Below, piece by piece: positions 49,845 through 59,511 of a stretch of 64,000 nucleotides of DNA. Below the pieces are notes generated by a model that saw nothing but the letters and a program-made list of their open reading frames with translations, searched no databases and had not been told where the DNA came from. The DNA comes from Candidatus Latescibacterota bacterium. GTDB taxonomy: Bacteria; Latescibacterota; UBA2968; UBA8231. Where the stretch lies: contig CBDAOB010000005.1 of the NCBI GenBank assembly GCA_965197905.1, positions 2,208,001 through 2,272,000 of the forward strand, in the 5' to 3' direction. Position 1 is the stretch's first letter; each line of letters starts with the position of its first letter. The translations under genes were made by a program, and so were the position numbers.

Positions 49845-50823
49845 AAAAGATATGTTGTTCAAGGAAGCCGTCATCATGGCGATGGGCGAGGAGATGCGCC
49901 GGGATGACCGAGTCTTCCTAATCGGAGAGGATGTTGGGGCTTCCGGCGGCGTGTTCAAATCGAGCGAGGGCCTGCTGGAGGAATTCGGTCCTGATCGGGT
50001 TGTGGATGCGCCCATCGCCGAAGCTGGATACGTCGGGCTTTGCGTTGGAGCCGCAATGACAGGACTGCGACCGATTTGCGATGTCATGTTCGGCGATTTC
50101 GCCTTTTTGGCGACCGATCAGATCATCAATCAGGCTGCCAAGATTCGTTATATGACTGGCGGCCAGTGCGAGGTGTGTCTGACCATCAAGACGACCATGG
50201 GCGCCGGAAGATCGTCAGCGGCACAGCATTCTCAGTCGCTGCACGCGGTCTACTCACACATTCCGGGTTTGAAGGTTGCGGTCCCCTCTTGTCCACGAGA
50301 GGCCAAGGGTCTCCTGAAGACGGCTGTTCGCGACGACAATCCGGTGATCGTTTTCGAGGACAAGATGATGTACAACGACACCGGCCCGGTACCAACCGAT
50401 GAGAACTTCTCGATCCCGTTTGGCGAGGCTGCGATTTTGCGCGAAGGCAGCGACGTGACGATCGTTGCTATCTCCAGTATGGTTGGAGTCTCCCTGAAGG
50501 CCGCCGAGATCCTATCTGGAGAAGGCATCGAAGCCGAGGTTATCGATCCGCGGACGCTCGTGCCTCTCGATACGGCGACCTTGCTCGAATCGGTGCGAAA
50601 AACCGGATACGCGGTGGTTGTCGACGAGGGTGTCCAGCGTTTTGGAGCTACCGGCGAGATCGCTTCGCTGCTCACTCACGACGCCTTCGATTATCTGGAT
50701 GGCCCCGTCGCCCGCATTGGGGCCGCAGATCTGCCCGTCCCGTTCAGCCCTTCCCTTGAAATGCCGACCATTCCGGATGAGGATCGGGTCGTTGCGACGG
50801 TCAGATCGATGCGGAGCGGGTAG
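49837..50823 (+). CDS. TPP-dependent dehydrogenase E1 beta subunit (AcoB/PdhB-like)
   Basis: GEDVG, DAPIAEAG, MFGDF, NQAAK, AAQHSQS, IDPRTLVPLD. Confidence 0.93.
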   Translation: MPEKDMLFKEAVIMAMGEEMRRDDRVFLIGEDVGASGGVFKSSEGLLEEFGPDRVVDAPIAEAGYVGLCVGAAMTGLRPICDVMFGDFAFLATDQIINQAAKIRYMTGGQCEVCLTIKTTMGAGRSSAAQHSQSLHAVYSHIPGLKVAVPSCPREAKGLLKTAVRDDNPVIVFEDKMMYNDTGPVPTDENFSIPFGEAAILREGSDVTIVAISSMVGVSLKAAEILSGEGIEAEVIDPRTLVPLDTATLLESVRKTGYAVVVDEGVQRFGATGEIASLLTHDAFDYLDGPVARIGAADLPVPFSPSLEMPTIPDEDRVVATVRSMRSG

Positions 50824-51747
50824 GTGTCCAATCCCGTCAGCCTGGTCACCGGCTCCAGCAGCGGCATCGGCGCGGCGATCGCCTCGAGCTTCGCAGAAAA
50901 CGGTTGTGATGTAGCTATCAACTACAACACGGGCGAAGATCGCGCTGAGCAGATCGCCTCCGACCTACGCTCCAAACACAACGTTGAAACCCTGACTCTA
51001 CAAGCTGATCTTGCCCAGCGCGAGGCTGCCTTTAGCCTCGTTGACCAAACCATCTCACATTTCGGCCGCCTGGACGTCGTCGTGAGCAACAGCGGCGTCG
51101 TCAACTACGTCCCCGACGCCGAAGGGAATCTCGTCCGCTATCGCTTCGCTGAAACGCCTATGGATCATCTCGATGCAGAGATGCGCCGCGTGATGGATTT
51201 GAACCTCATGGGCGCCTATCGGTTGATGCAGCGCTCAATGCATCACATGACCGCCCAGGCCGAAAGGGAGATCGCAGACGGCAGGGAACCTCCTCATCGC
51301 AGCATTCTTGTGATCTCGTCGATCTCGGATGTCGCACCCGATGCCACGCGAATACCGTACGGGGTGAGCAAGGCCGGAATCCACCACGCCATCATCGGTG
51401 CAGCTTTTGAGGGAGGACCGTTCAACATTACCGTGAACGCGTTGCGACCCGGGGTTATCAACACACCTCTGACCTCGAGGCCATCCGGAATTGAAGATCC
51501 GCAATCAGGGAAGGAACTGACCGTCGCAGAGACCTATGCGCTCATGGCGCAAGGCGGATCGCAGGCGGTTCCCCGCATTGGCAAACCCGATGAAATTGCG
51601 TATGCGGCGTATGCGTTTACCCATATCCCGTACATGACCGGTCAGTTGGTCGCTGTCGACGGCGGTTTCACCCTGGTAAACGGGTTTCCGAATCGGGAAC
51701 TGTTTCTTCGGGAGGGGTTTCGACGCCGGAGTGGTTCAGCGGACTGA
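50824..51747 (+). CDS. SDR-family oxidoreductase
   Basis: TGSSSGIG, SNSG, SSIS, YGVSK, VNALRPG, TGQLVAVDGG. Confidence 0.88.
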   Translation: MSNPVSLVTGSSSGIGAAIASSFAENGCDVAINYNTGEDRAEQIASDLRSKHNVETLTLQADLAQREAAFSLVDQTISHFGRLDVVVSNSGVVNYVPDAEGNLVRYRFAETPMDHLDAEMRRVMDLNLMGAYRLMQRSMHHMTAQAEREIADGREPPHRSILVISSISDVAPDATRIPYGVSKAGIHHAIIGAAFEGGPFNITVNALRPGVINTPLTSRPSGIEDPQSGKELTVAETYALMAQGGSQAVPRIGKPDEIAYAAYAFTHIPYMTGQLVAVDGGFTLVNGFPNRELFLREGFRRRSGSAD

Positions 51748-51800
51748 TTGCCGCTTCCGGAGTCGGGGTTACGGATTGCTGCGTTTCTTCGTCGAACGGT

Positions 51801-52559
51801 TCATTCGCCCCCCCGCCGAATACTACCCATCTGAATCTCGATATCCTCGCGGTCGGCGACCCGCTCCAGCCGTCCATCGCGAATCCACGCCACGCGGTCT
51901 GCGGCACTGAGCATCTTGTCATCGTGCGTCACGGTGATGATCGTGGTGCCCACATCCGACTGAAGTTGCTTCATATAATCGATGATCTCGCGTCCCGTAT
52001 TGCTGTCCAGATTTCCCGTCGGTTCGTCTGCCAGAATAATCCGCGGACGATTCGCGAAAGCGCGTGCAATGGCCACTCTTTGCTGCTGACCACCGGATAG
52101 CTCGGTCGGCAGATGGTGGGAACGGTCCCCCAACCCGACGATCTCGAGACACTCCTGAGCCCGATCCTCTCCCTCCTTGGTGCTTAGACCGGCAAAAACG
52201 GTGGGCAGAGCGACGTTCATCAGCGCGCTCATCACCGGCAACAGGTTGTAGGTCTGAAAGATGTATCCCAACTCGAAGCAGCGCACCGCGGCCAGTTTCT
52301 GCGGGCTCAAGGTGGCAAGATTTATCCCTTCGATCAGCACCTCGCCTGCCGTGGGGGTCTGAAGAGCGCCTATCATATTGAATAAGGTGGTCTTACCGGA
52401 GCCAGACGGCCCCATGATTGCGAAGAATTCGTTCTTGTGAACCTGAACCGACAAGCCGCGGAGAGCGTGAACGTGGGTTGACTCATCCCGATTCTTCGCG
52501 TTATACACCATTTTCACATCGCGCACATCGACGATGCTGTCGCGTCCGTTTTCGGCCAT
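51801..52559 (-). CDS. ABC transporter ATP-binding protein (LolD/MacB-like)
   Basis: [34 protein letters not shown]; no adjacent permease; promoter TTGACT-17-TAGATT at 52629-52657. Confidence 0.92.
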   Translation of the reverse strand: MAENGRDSIVDVRDVKMVYNAKNRDESTHVHALRGLSVQVHKNEFFAIMGPSGSGKTTLFNMIGALQTPTAGEVLIEGINLATLSPQKLAAVRCFELGYIFQTYNLLPVMSALMNVALPTVFAGLSTKEGEDRAQECLEIVGLGDRSHHLPTELSGGQQQRVAIARAFANRPRIILADEPTGNLDSNTGREIIDYMKQLQSDVGTTIITVTHDDKMLSAADRVAWIRDGRLERVADREDIEIQMGSIRRGGE

Positions 52560-52765
52560 TCTCGCGGAACTCCGGGCTCGTTTATTTAAACCTCAATAAA
52601 AGGGGGTGCTTGGACCTCAAGCGGCCTGAATCTACGAAGCGCCCAACCACAAGTCAAACGAACGTAACCGTAGAATCGTGCGGTCACTTACTGCAATAGG
52701 CTCTTCTATTTGCGGCAAAACTAAACAACCCGCCTAAACTGCCGATATTATCTACGAGAAATGAC

Positions 52766-52795
52766 TTGACTCTAAACACTACTATTTAGTATAAT
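52766..52795 (+). promoter_or_regulatory. Promoter with an 18-bp dyad spacer upstream of the MerR-REC gene
   Basis: TTGACT-CTAAAcactactaTTTAG-TATAAT. Confidence 0.75.
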
Positions 52796-52876
52796 TGCGC
52801 TGACGTTTAGCAGTTTACCCTGACTATACGTGCCCCTGGACGCGCCCCTACTCCAGGACCTGTGAGGAGATTCATA

Positions 52877-53560
52877 ATGCTTGAGGGCGAACAACTTATT
52901 GATATTAAAGAGGTTGCCGATACATTTGGCAAATCTGTAGAGTCGATCAGGAAATACAAGAACTTTGGCATAATTCGAGTTTCAGATAAACGTGGCAATA
53001 AGGATCTGTTTGATCGCGAGGAGATCTTGAGCATCCGAGATCGGATTCGCGATTTGCGTCTGAAGGGTTTGTCCCTTTCACAGATCGCCGATCAACTCGA
53101 TATCGCGCGCCGGGATGATTTTCCTCGTTCCGAGCCGAGTGCCCCCGTTCCAGGGGAGGCTCGCAATCCTGACGGGCCGCTCAAGGTTCTCGTCGTCGAT
53201 GACGAGTCAGAGGTCCGCGCCAGCTTGGGCGAGTTTCTGGAAGGAAACGGTTATGTTGTATGTGAGGCCGCAGATGGTGAAGAAGCGCTCGCCATGACCT
53301 TCACGGAGAAGCCGGATCTGATCCTGCTGGACTTGCGCCTTCCAAAGGTTGATGGCTATCAGGTTTGTCAGACCTTGAAAGGAAACCCGATTACCTCGGG
53401 AATTCCGATAATCATGATTACGGCGCTAAATGCCACCCCCCAAAAGGTGAAGGGCATCGAATTTGGCGCCGACGACTACGTGGAAAAACCGTTCGATCTG
53501 GATGAACTCGTGGCGCGGATGAAGATGGTTGCACGCCGAGTGTACACGCAGCAAGCCTAG
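52877..53560 (+). CDS. Response regulator with an N-terminal MerR-type HTH and a C-terminal receiver domain
   Basis: IDIKEVADTFGKSVESIRKYKNFGII...GLSLSQIA; then VLVVDD...LILLDLRLP...MITA...DDYVEKPF. Confidence 0.88.
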   Translation: MLEGEQLIDIKEVADTFGKSVESIRKYKNFGIIRVSDKRGNKDLFDREEILSIRDRIRDLRLKGLSLSQIADQLDIARRDDFPRSEPSAPVPGEARNPDGPLKVLVVDDESEVRASLGEFLEGNGYVVCEAADGEEALAMTFTEKPDLILLDLRLPKVDGYQVCQTLKGNPITSGIPIIMITALNATPQKVKGIEFGADDYVEKPFDLDELVARMKMVARRVYTQQA

Positions 53561-53563
53561 GCG

Positions 53564-54241
53564 CTAGCCCACATCGGGAGCTATGGTGGCATCGCTGAGA
53601 ATCACGATGTTGCGACCACTGCATTCGATGTAACCCTGCTCCTCCAGCTGCTTGAGCACGCGGGTGACGGTTTCTCTGGTGGTTCTGGACATTTGCGCCA
53701 GCTGCTGGTGGGTGGGGCGATTCTTTAGCAACACCCCGTGCTCCTCCTGTTCGCCCCCCTCGTTGGCGAGCTGAAGCAAGGTCTTCGACACGCGGTTGGT
53801 TACGTCGAGCAGAGCCAGGCCCGCAATATTGTAGTCGACCTTGCGCAAACGAGAGGCCAGCTCGGTCAGCAGGCCGATTACGATCGAAGGTTTTTCCGTT
53901 ATCAAACGCAGAAAGTCCGGCCGCCTGAGCATGATGAGCTCGGTGGCCTCGGTTGCCGTCACGTCCGCCGAGCGTGGCTTGCCATCCAGTAGCGAGAGCT
54001 CTCCGAAGACCTGGCCGACCCCGAGAAGCGATAGGATCACTTCCCTTCCCCCCTCTCGCGATACGCTCACCTTGACGCGACCCTTCTGAATAATAAAGAA
54101 GGCGTCACCTTGCTGTTCTGCTAGAATGATGGTGCTGCCCCGTCCGAATCGACGGCTGGTGGTGTTCTTGGCGACGGCTGCTATCTCCTCGCCGCTCAAC
54201 CCTCTGAACAGTGAGACGTTGCGCAGAAAAGCTTCGGTCAT
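53564..54241 (-). CDS. Crp/Fnr-family transcriptional regulator
   Basis: GRVKV...FGELSLLDGKPRSA (cNMP-binding) and THQQLAQMSRTTRETVTRVL (HTH). Confidence 0.92.
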   Translation of the reverse strand: MTEAFLRNVSLFRGLSGEEIAAVAKNTTSRRFGRGSTIILAEQQGDAFFIIQKGRVKVSVSREGGREVILSLLGVGQVFGELSLLDGKPRSADVTATEATELIMLRRPDFLRLITEKPSIVIGLLTELASRLRKVDYNIAGLALLDVTNRVSKTLLQLANEGGEQEEHGVLLKNRPTHQQLAQMSRTTRETVTRVLKQLEEQGYIECSGRNIVILSDATIAPDVG

Positions 54242-54247
54242 GATCCG

Positions 54248-56242
54248 TTAAACCGAACTCTCCGCCCGCAGGCGGGTGATCTCGTCTCTAAGATGAGCTG
54301 CCTTCTCGAAATCGAGCTCTCCCGCAGCCGCTTTCATCTGTTTCTCCAGGTCCGCCACCACCTCCTCGACATCCGTCACGACCCCATAGTCGATGGTGGG
54401 CTCGTTTGCGGTTGAGAGTTGGGCTCCCTTCACCCGCTCCAGGACAGAGGTGGTTTGCAGGATCTCCTCGCGCGTCCGATAGATCGTTTCCGGAATGATC
54501 CCGTGGTCCTCGTTGTGCTCGTTCTGAATCGCCCGGCGGCGCTCGGTTTCGCCAATCGCTCGCTGCATCGACTTCGTCACCTTGTCGGCATAGAAGATAA
54601 CCAGACCCGCCACATTTCGGGCAGCTCGACCAACGGTCTGGACCAGGGCCTGTTCAGAGCGGAGAAACCCTTCCTTGTCAGCATCAAGCACGGCAACCAA
54701 CGAGACCTCGGGAAGATCCAACCCTTCGCGCAGCAGGTTTACCCCAACCAGCACGTCGAATTCGCCCAACCGCAGATCACGGAGGATCTCCACTCGCTCC
54801 AGGGTTTCGATGTCGGAATGCAGATAACGCACCTTGATATCCATCTGTTCCAGATAGTCGGTCAGCTTTTCGGCCATCTTCTTCGTAAGCGTCGTAACCA
54901 GGACCCGTTCCCGACGCTCGGAGCGGACCCGTATCTCCTCAATCAGGTCGTCGATCTGGCCTTGCAGAGGTCGAACGACGATGGTGGGATCCACCAGCCC
55001 GGTCGGCCTGATCACCTGTTCCACAAACACGCCGTTGGAGCGCTGCAACTCGTAGGGTCCCGGCGTGGCGGACACGAATACGGTTGTTCCCATCTGCCCC
55101 TCGAATTCCTCGAAAACCAGCGGCCGGTTGTCATAGGCCGAGGGCAGGCGGAAGCCGTGCTCAACGAGCGAATCCTTGCGCGAGCGGTCCCCCCGCCACA
55201 TCCCCCTGACCTGAGGTATGGTCACGTGAGATTCGTCGATGAACAGCAAATAATCCTCCGGGAAGTAGTCCATCAGCACGTAAGGCGGTGAACCCGCTTC
55301 CCGCCCATCCATGTAGCGGGTGTAGTTTTCGATACCGGGACAGTATCCGAGCTCGCGGATCATTTCAACGTCATATTTGGTGCGAGTTTCGAGCCTGTGA
55401 GCCTCTACCAGCCTGTCATCGGTGCGCAGGTCGAGCAGGCGTTTCTCCAACTCAACGAGAATGCCCTCGCACGCTTCATTAACCTTTTCTTCATCGGTCA
55501 CGTACGCTTTGGCCGGATACAATGTCGTTTCCGACCGACGCTCGATCACGGTGCCGGCGACCACGTCCACCACCGAAATTTTTTCGATTTCATCGCCGAA
55601 AAGCTCAACCCGGATAGCTCGGTCCTCGGAGGCGGGAACGATCTCAATGATATCCCCCCGCACACGGAAACACCCGCGGCGAAGCTCGAGATCGTTGCGG
55701 TTGTAGTAGATGTCGATCAGATTGCGCAAAATCTGGTCGCGCTCGACGATCTGGCCCACCCGCAGATCTAGCTTCTGCTCCTTGTATTCCCGGGGCGAGC
55801 CGAGACCGTAGATGCAGGAAACCGTAGCAACGATAATGACGTCGCGGCGCTCCAACAAAGCGCTCATTGCCTTGAGGCGCAGACGATCGATCTCCTCGTT
55901 GAGCTCCACCTCTTTTTCGATGTAGGTATCGGTGCTGACTTTGTAGGCTTCGGGTTGATAGTAGTCGTAGTAGCTTACGAAGTACTCCACTGCGTTGTCG
56001 GAGAAATACCCCTGAAACTCCCCGTAAAGCTGGGCGGCCAAGGTCTTGTTGTGCGAGATGACCAGCGCCGGGCGTTGGAGACGCTCGACGATGCAGGCCA
56101 TAGTGAAGGTCTTGCCGCTTCCGGTCACCCCGAGAAGGGTCTGGAACTGATGCCCGGATTCAATTCCTTGTACCAGCTCATCGATCGCTTTCGGCTGATC
56201 GCCACAGGGTGTGTAATCGGATGAGAGTCTGAATTGATCCAT
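54248..56242 (-). CDS. uvrB: Excinuclease ABC subunit B
   Basis: [45 protein letters not shown]-terminal UVR domain; promoter TTGACA-17-TAAATT at 56266-56294. Confidence 0.98.
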   Translation of the reverse strand: MDQFRLSSDYTPCGDQPKAIDELVQGIESGHQFQTLLGVTGSGKTFTMACIVERLQRPALVISHNKTLAAQLYGEFQGYFSDNAVEYFVSYYDYYQPEAYKVSTDTYIEKEVELNEEIDRLRLKAMSALLERRDVIIVATVSCIYGLGSPREYKEQKLDLRVGQIVERDQILRNLIDIYYNRNDLELRRGCFRVRGDIIEIVPASEDRAIRVELFGDEIEKISVVDVVAGTVIERRSETTLYPAKAYVTDEEKVNEACEGILVELEKRLLDLRTDDRLVEAHRLETRTKYDVEMIRELGYCPGIENYTRYMDGREAGSPPYVLMDYFPEDYLLFIDESHVTIPQVRGMWRGDRSRKDSLVEHGFRLPSAYDNRPLVFEEFEGQMGTTVFVSATPGPYELQRSNGVFVEQVIRPTGLVDPTIVVRPLQGQIDDLIEEIRVRSERRERVLVTTLTKKMAEKLTDYLEQMDIKVRYLHSDIETLERVEILRDLRLGEFDVLVGVNLLREGLDLPEVSLVAVLDADKEGFLRSEQALVQTVGRAARNVAGLVIFYADKVTKSMQRAIGETERRRAIQNEHNEDHGIIPETIYRTREEILQTTSVLERVKGAQLSTANEPTIDYGVVTDVEEVVADLEKQMKAAAGELDFEKAAHLRDEITRLRAESSV

Positions 56243-56443
56243 CAGGAAGGGTAGGAATTATGGCAAATTTACCGGCCGCCTGTCGCACTGTCAAGCGACC
56301 ATCTGCGCGGCGGCGGCTTATACCAGATACCTGCCAAATTGGCATGCATTTTCTACAACTGACACTATGACGATTTTTCATGGAGTCTAAGTAATTCTCG
56401 TAAGACGTTGTTTATATAAGCTTTGTTAGCCTCGTAATGACGG

Positions 56444-56459
56444 TGGCACTTCGATTGCT
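56444..56459 (+). promoter_or_regulatory. sigma54 (-24/-12) promoter of dnaK
   Basis: TGGCACttcgaTTGCT has exact GG-N10-GC spacing, 51 nt upstream of the ATG. Confidence 0.75.
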
Positions 56460-56510
56460 ATTACCCGAACATCGACCAGGAACGAATCCAACCTCGGGAG
56501 AGAGGAATTA

Positions 56511-58436
56511 ATGGCTAAGGTAATCGGTATCGATTTGGGCACGACGAATTCGTGTGTGGCGGTAATCGAAGGCAAGGAGCCGGAGGTGATCGCCAATGCG
56601 GAGGGGGGTCGTACGACGCCCTCGATGGTGGCCTTTTCTACGGATGGGGAGCGTTTGGTGGGTCAGACGGCCAAACGCCAGGCGGTAACCAACCCGCAAA
56701 ACACAGTGTTTTCGATCAAACGTTTCATGGGTCGGCGTCACCAAGAGGTGGGCACGGAGATCACCGAGGTGCCGTATGCGGTGGTGAAAGGGGCTCGTGA
56801 TATGGCGGTGGTGGAGGCGGGGGCAAAGTCGTATAGCCCTCCGGAGCTGTCGGCGATGGTGCTGCAGAAGATGCGTCAGACGGCGGAGGATTATCTGGGC
56901 GAGGAGGTGCAGCAGGCGGTGATCACGGTGCCGGCGTATTTCAACGACGCGCAGCGGCAGGCGACCAAGGATGCCGGTGCGATTGCCGGGTTGGAGGTGT
57001 TGCGCATCGTCAACGAGCCGACGGCGGCGGCGTTGGCGTATGGGCTGGACAAACCGGGTAAGAGTGAGAAGATCGCGGTGTATGATCTGGGTGGGGGGAC
57101 CTTCGATGTGTCGATTCTGGAGTTGGGGGACGGAGTGTTCGAGGTCAAGTCGACCAACGGCGACACCCACTTGGGGGGCGACGATTTCGATCAGGCGCTG
57201 ATCGATTTTCTGGCGGACGAGTTTCAACAAGAGCAAGGCATCGACCTGCGCCAGGACCCGATGGCGTTGCAGCGTTTGAAGGAGGCGGCGGAGAAAGCCA
57301 AGTGCGAGCTTTCCTCGGCCAATCAGACCGAGATCAACCTGCCGTTTATCACCGCCGACCAGAGCGGTCCCAAGCATGTGCAGAAGAGCCTGAGTCGGGC
57401 GCAGTTCGAGCGTCTGGTGGACCCTTTGATCGCGCGCACCGAGGGTCCGTGCCAGCAGGCGCTCAAGGACGCGGGTTTGGCGGCGTCTGAGATCGACGAG
57501 GTGATTCTGGTGGGCGGTTCGACGCGTATTCCCAAGGTGCAGGAACGGGTGCAGGGACTGTTTGGGCGCGAGCCGCACAAGGGGGTGAATCCGGACGAGG
57601 TGGTGGCGTTGGGGGCGGCGATCCAGGCGGGGGTTTTGGCGGGGGACGTGGAGGACGTGCTGTTGCTGGATGTGACGCCGTTGTCGTTGGGGATCGAGAC
57701 CTTGGGTGGGGTGATGACCAAGCTGATCGAGCGCAACACCACGATTCCGACGAAGAAGAGCCAGATTTTCTCGACCGCGGCGGACAACCAGCCGTCGGTG
57801 GAGGTGCACGTTTTGCAGGGGGAGCGCGAGTTTGCCAACGACAACCGCACCCTGGGGCGTTTTCACCTGGACGGGATTCCGCCGGCGCCGCGGGGCATGC
57901 CGCAGGTGGAGGTGACCTTCGACATCGACGCCAACGGCATTCTGCACGTGGGGGCCAAGGACAAAGGCACCAACAAGGAGCAGAGCATCCGCATCGAAGC
58001 CTCCACCGGCCTGTCGGAGGAGGAGGTGTCGCGGATGCAGGAGGAAGCCGAGAGCCATGCCGAGGACGACCAGCAACGGCGGGCGCAGGTGGACAAACGC
58101 AACGAAGCTGATCAACTGGTCTACGCCACCGAGAAATCGCTGACCGAGCACGGGGACAAGCTCGAAGCGGCGGAGCGCACCGCGGTGGAGGAGGCCATTG
58201 CGGCGGTGAAGAAAGCGTTGGAAGAAAACGACGACGACGGCTTGACGGCGGTCGTGGAGCGTCTCACCGAGGCGTCGCACAAACTCGCCGAGATCCTCTA
58301 CCAGGAAGCCCAGGCGCAACAGCCCCCCCCGGGCGGCGATCAAGGGGCGCCCCCCAACCCCGACGACGCAGCTCCACCCCCGCAGGACGACGGGGCGGTC
58401 GATGCCGACTTCGAGGTCGTCGACGACAAGAAGTGA
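56511..58436 (+). CDS. dnaK: Molecular chaperone DnaK
   Basis: [64 protein letters not shown]. Confidence 0.99.
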   Translation: MAKVIGIDLGTTNSCVAVIEGKEPEVIANAEGGRTTPSMVAFSTDGERLVGQTAKRQAVTNPQNTVFSIKRFMGRRHQEVGTEITEVPYAVVKGARDMAVVEAGAKSYSPPELSAMVLQKMRQTAEDYLGEEVQQAVITVPAYFNDAQRQATKDAGAIAGLEVLRIVNEPTAAALAYGLDKPGKSEKIAVYDLGGGTFDVSILELGDGVFEVKSTNGDTHLGGDDFDQALIDFLADEFQQEQGIDLRQDPMALQRLKEAAEKAKCELSSANQTEINLPFITADQSGPKHVQKSLSRAQFERLVDPLIARTEGPCQQALKDAGLAASEIDEVILVGGSTRIPKVQERVQGLFGREPHKGVNPDEVVALGAAIQAGVLAGDVEDVLLLDVTPLSLGIETLGGVMTKLIERNTTIPTKKSQIFSTAADNQPSVEVHVLQGEREFANDNRTLGRFHLDGIPPAPRGMPQVEVTFDIDANGILHVGAKDKGTNKEQSIRIEASTGLSEEEVSRMQEEAESHAEDDQQRRAQVDKRNEADQLVYATEKSLTEHGDKLEAAERTAVEEAIAAVKKALEENDDDGLTAVVERLTEASHKLAEILYQEAQAQQPPPGGDQGAPPNPDDAAPPPQDDGAVDADFEVVDDKK

Positions 58437-58438
58437 AC

Positions 58439-58471
58439 GAAGAGGCCGGCCCACGGCGGGCCGACCTCTTC
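58439..58471. terminator. Hairpin between convergent dnaK and ADH genes
   Basis: GAAGAGGCCGGCCC-ACGGC-GGGCCGACCTCTTC; no long U-tract. Confidence 0.6.
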
Positions 58472-59501
58472 AATTCGGTCTCAAGAGGACTTTTATCCCT
58501 TCCCTATTCTCGGCCACAGAGAAGGCGCGCTCCCACTCACTGAGGGGGAATTCGTCGGAAATGAGGCGCTCGGCCGGGATCTTCCCGTCCCCCATCAATC
58601 GCAACGCGCGCTTCCAAGACGGACGCCGTTGGGCCAATCCGCCGGTAACCTGAAGCTCCTTGTAAGCGATCTGCTCGAAGTTGACCTCGATAGGTTTGCC
58701 GGGAAGACCCATCTGCACGTATTTACCGCGCTTGCGCACGAGATTCAACCCCAGTTGAACCGCCGCCGCATTACCTGCGCACTCAACCACAATATCGGCG
58801 CCATATCCGCCACTCAAGCGGTTGATTTCTTCTACGGGATCCCCCTCCTCTACGACGCATACATGCTGGACTCCCAAATCCTGCGCACACGACAGCCGAG
58901 GGCGATCTGACTCGGTGCCGCAGACCGCGACGGTTCCCCCTTCCGCCAGGGCCACCAGACTGGCCAGCAGTCCGACGGGACCCGGTCCCACCACGGCCAC
59001 GAAGTCACCGGCACTCACCCCGGCCTGTTCGATCACGGCGTGCACACAGCACGCAAGAAGTTCGGTTAGAGCTCCCGCTTCGAACGAAACATTTGCGGGA
59101 AGGCGATGGACGAATCTGGCATTGCAATAGGGAGCAAAACTACCATTGAACCAATATCCGAGGACCCGGCGCTGGGGACACAAGTTGTAATACTCGCTGC
59201 GACAGTAGGGACAGACCCCGCAGATGGAGATGGAAGGCTCGCCGGTAACCCGGTCCCCAAGCTCGATCGCGTCTTCGAAATCGGAACCGATGTCAACCAC
59301 CACACCACTAAACTCGTGCCCCATTACCACCGGGGTGCGTATCGGGTAGTTTATGGTGTCGTGGTAGATGTGGATGTCAGATCCGCAGATACCGGTGGCC
59401 TTGATCTCAACTTTGACCTGATCGGGAGCTAAAGGCGACTGCTCCACATCCCGGTAATCGACGAAACCGTTGCCACGCTCGTGTTTGACGACCCCCTTCA
59501 A
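58470..59501 (-). CDS. Zinc-dependent alcohol/polyol dehydrogenase (MDR)
   Basis: GICGSDIH, GHEFSG, CGVCPYC...C, GPGPVG; TTG start near 59501. Confidence 0.92.
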   Translation of the reverse strand: MKGVVKHERGNGFVDYRDVEQSPLAPDQVKVEIKATGICGSDIHIYHDTINYPIRTPVVMGHEFSGVVVDIGSDFEDAIELGDRVTGEPSISICGVCPYCRSEYYNLCPQRRVLGYWFNGSFAPYCNARFVHRLPANVSFEAGALTELLACCVHAVIEQAGVSAGDFVAVVGPGPVGLLASLVALAEGGTVAVCGTESDRPRLSCAQDLGVQHVCVVEEGDPVEEINRLSGGYGADIVVECAGNAAAVQLGLNLVRKRGKYVQMGLPGKPIEVNFEQIAYKELQVTGGLAQRRPSWKRALRLMGDGKIPAERLISDEFPLSEWERAFSVAENREGIKVLLRPN

Positions 59502-59511
59502 GAGCGCCCCA

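Noticed and set aside
56243..56300. LexA box upstream of uvrB
   Set aside because: No CTGT-N8-ACAG or GAAC-N4-GTTC match seen.
56508..58454. 648-aa ORF antisense to dnaK
   Set aside because: Long antisense ORFs opposite dnaK/hsp70 are a known by-product of codon bias, often mislabelled as NAD-glutamate dehydrogenase.
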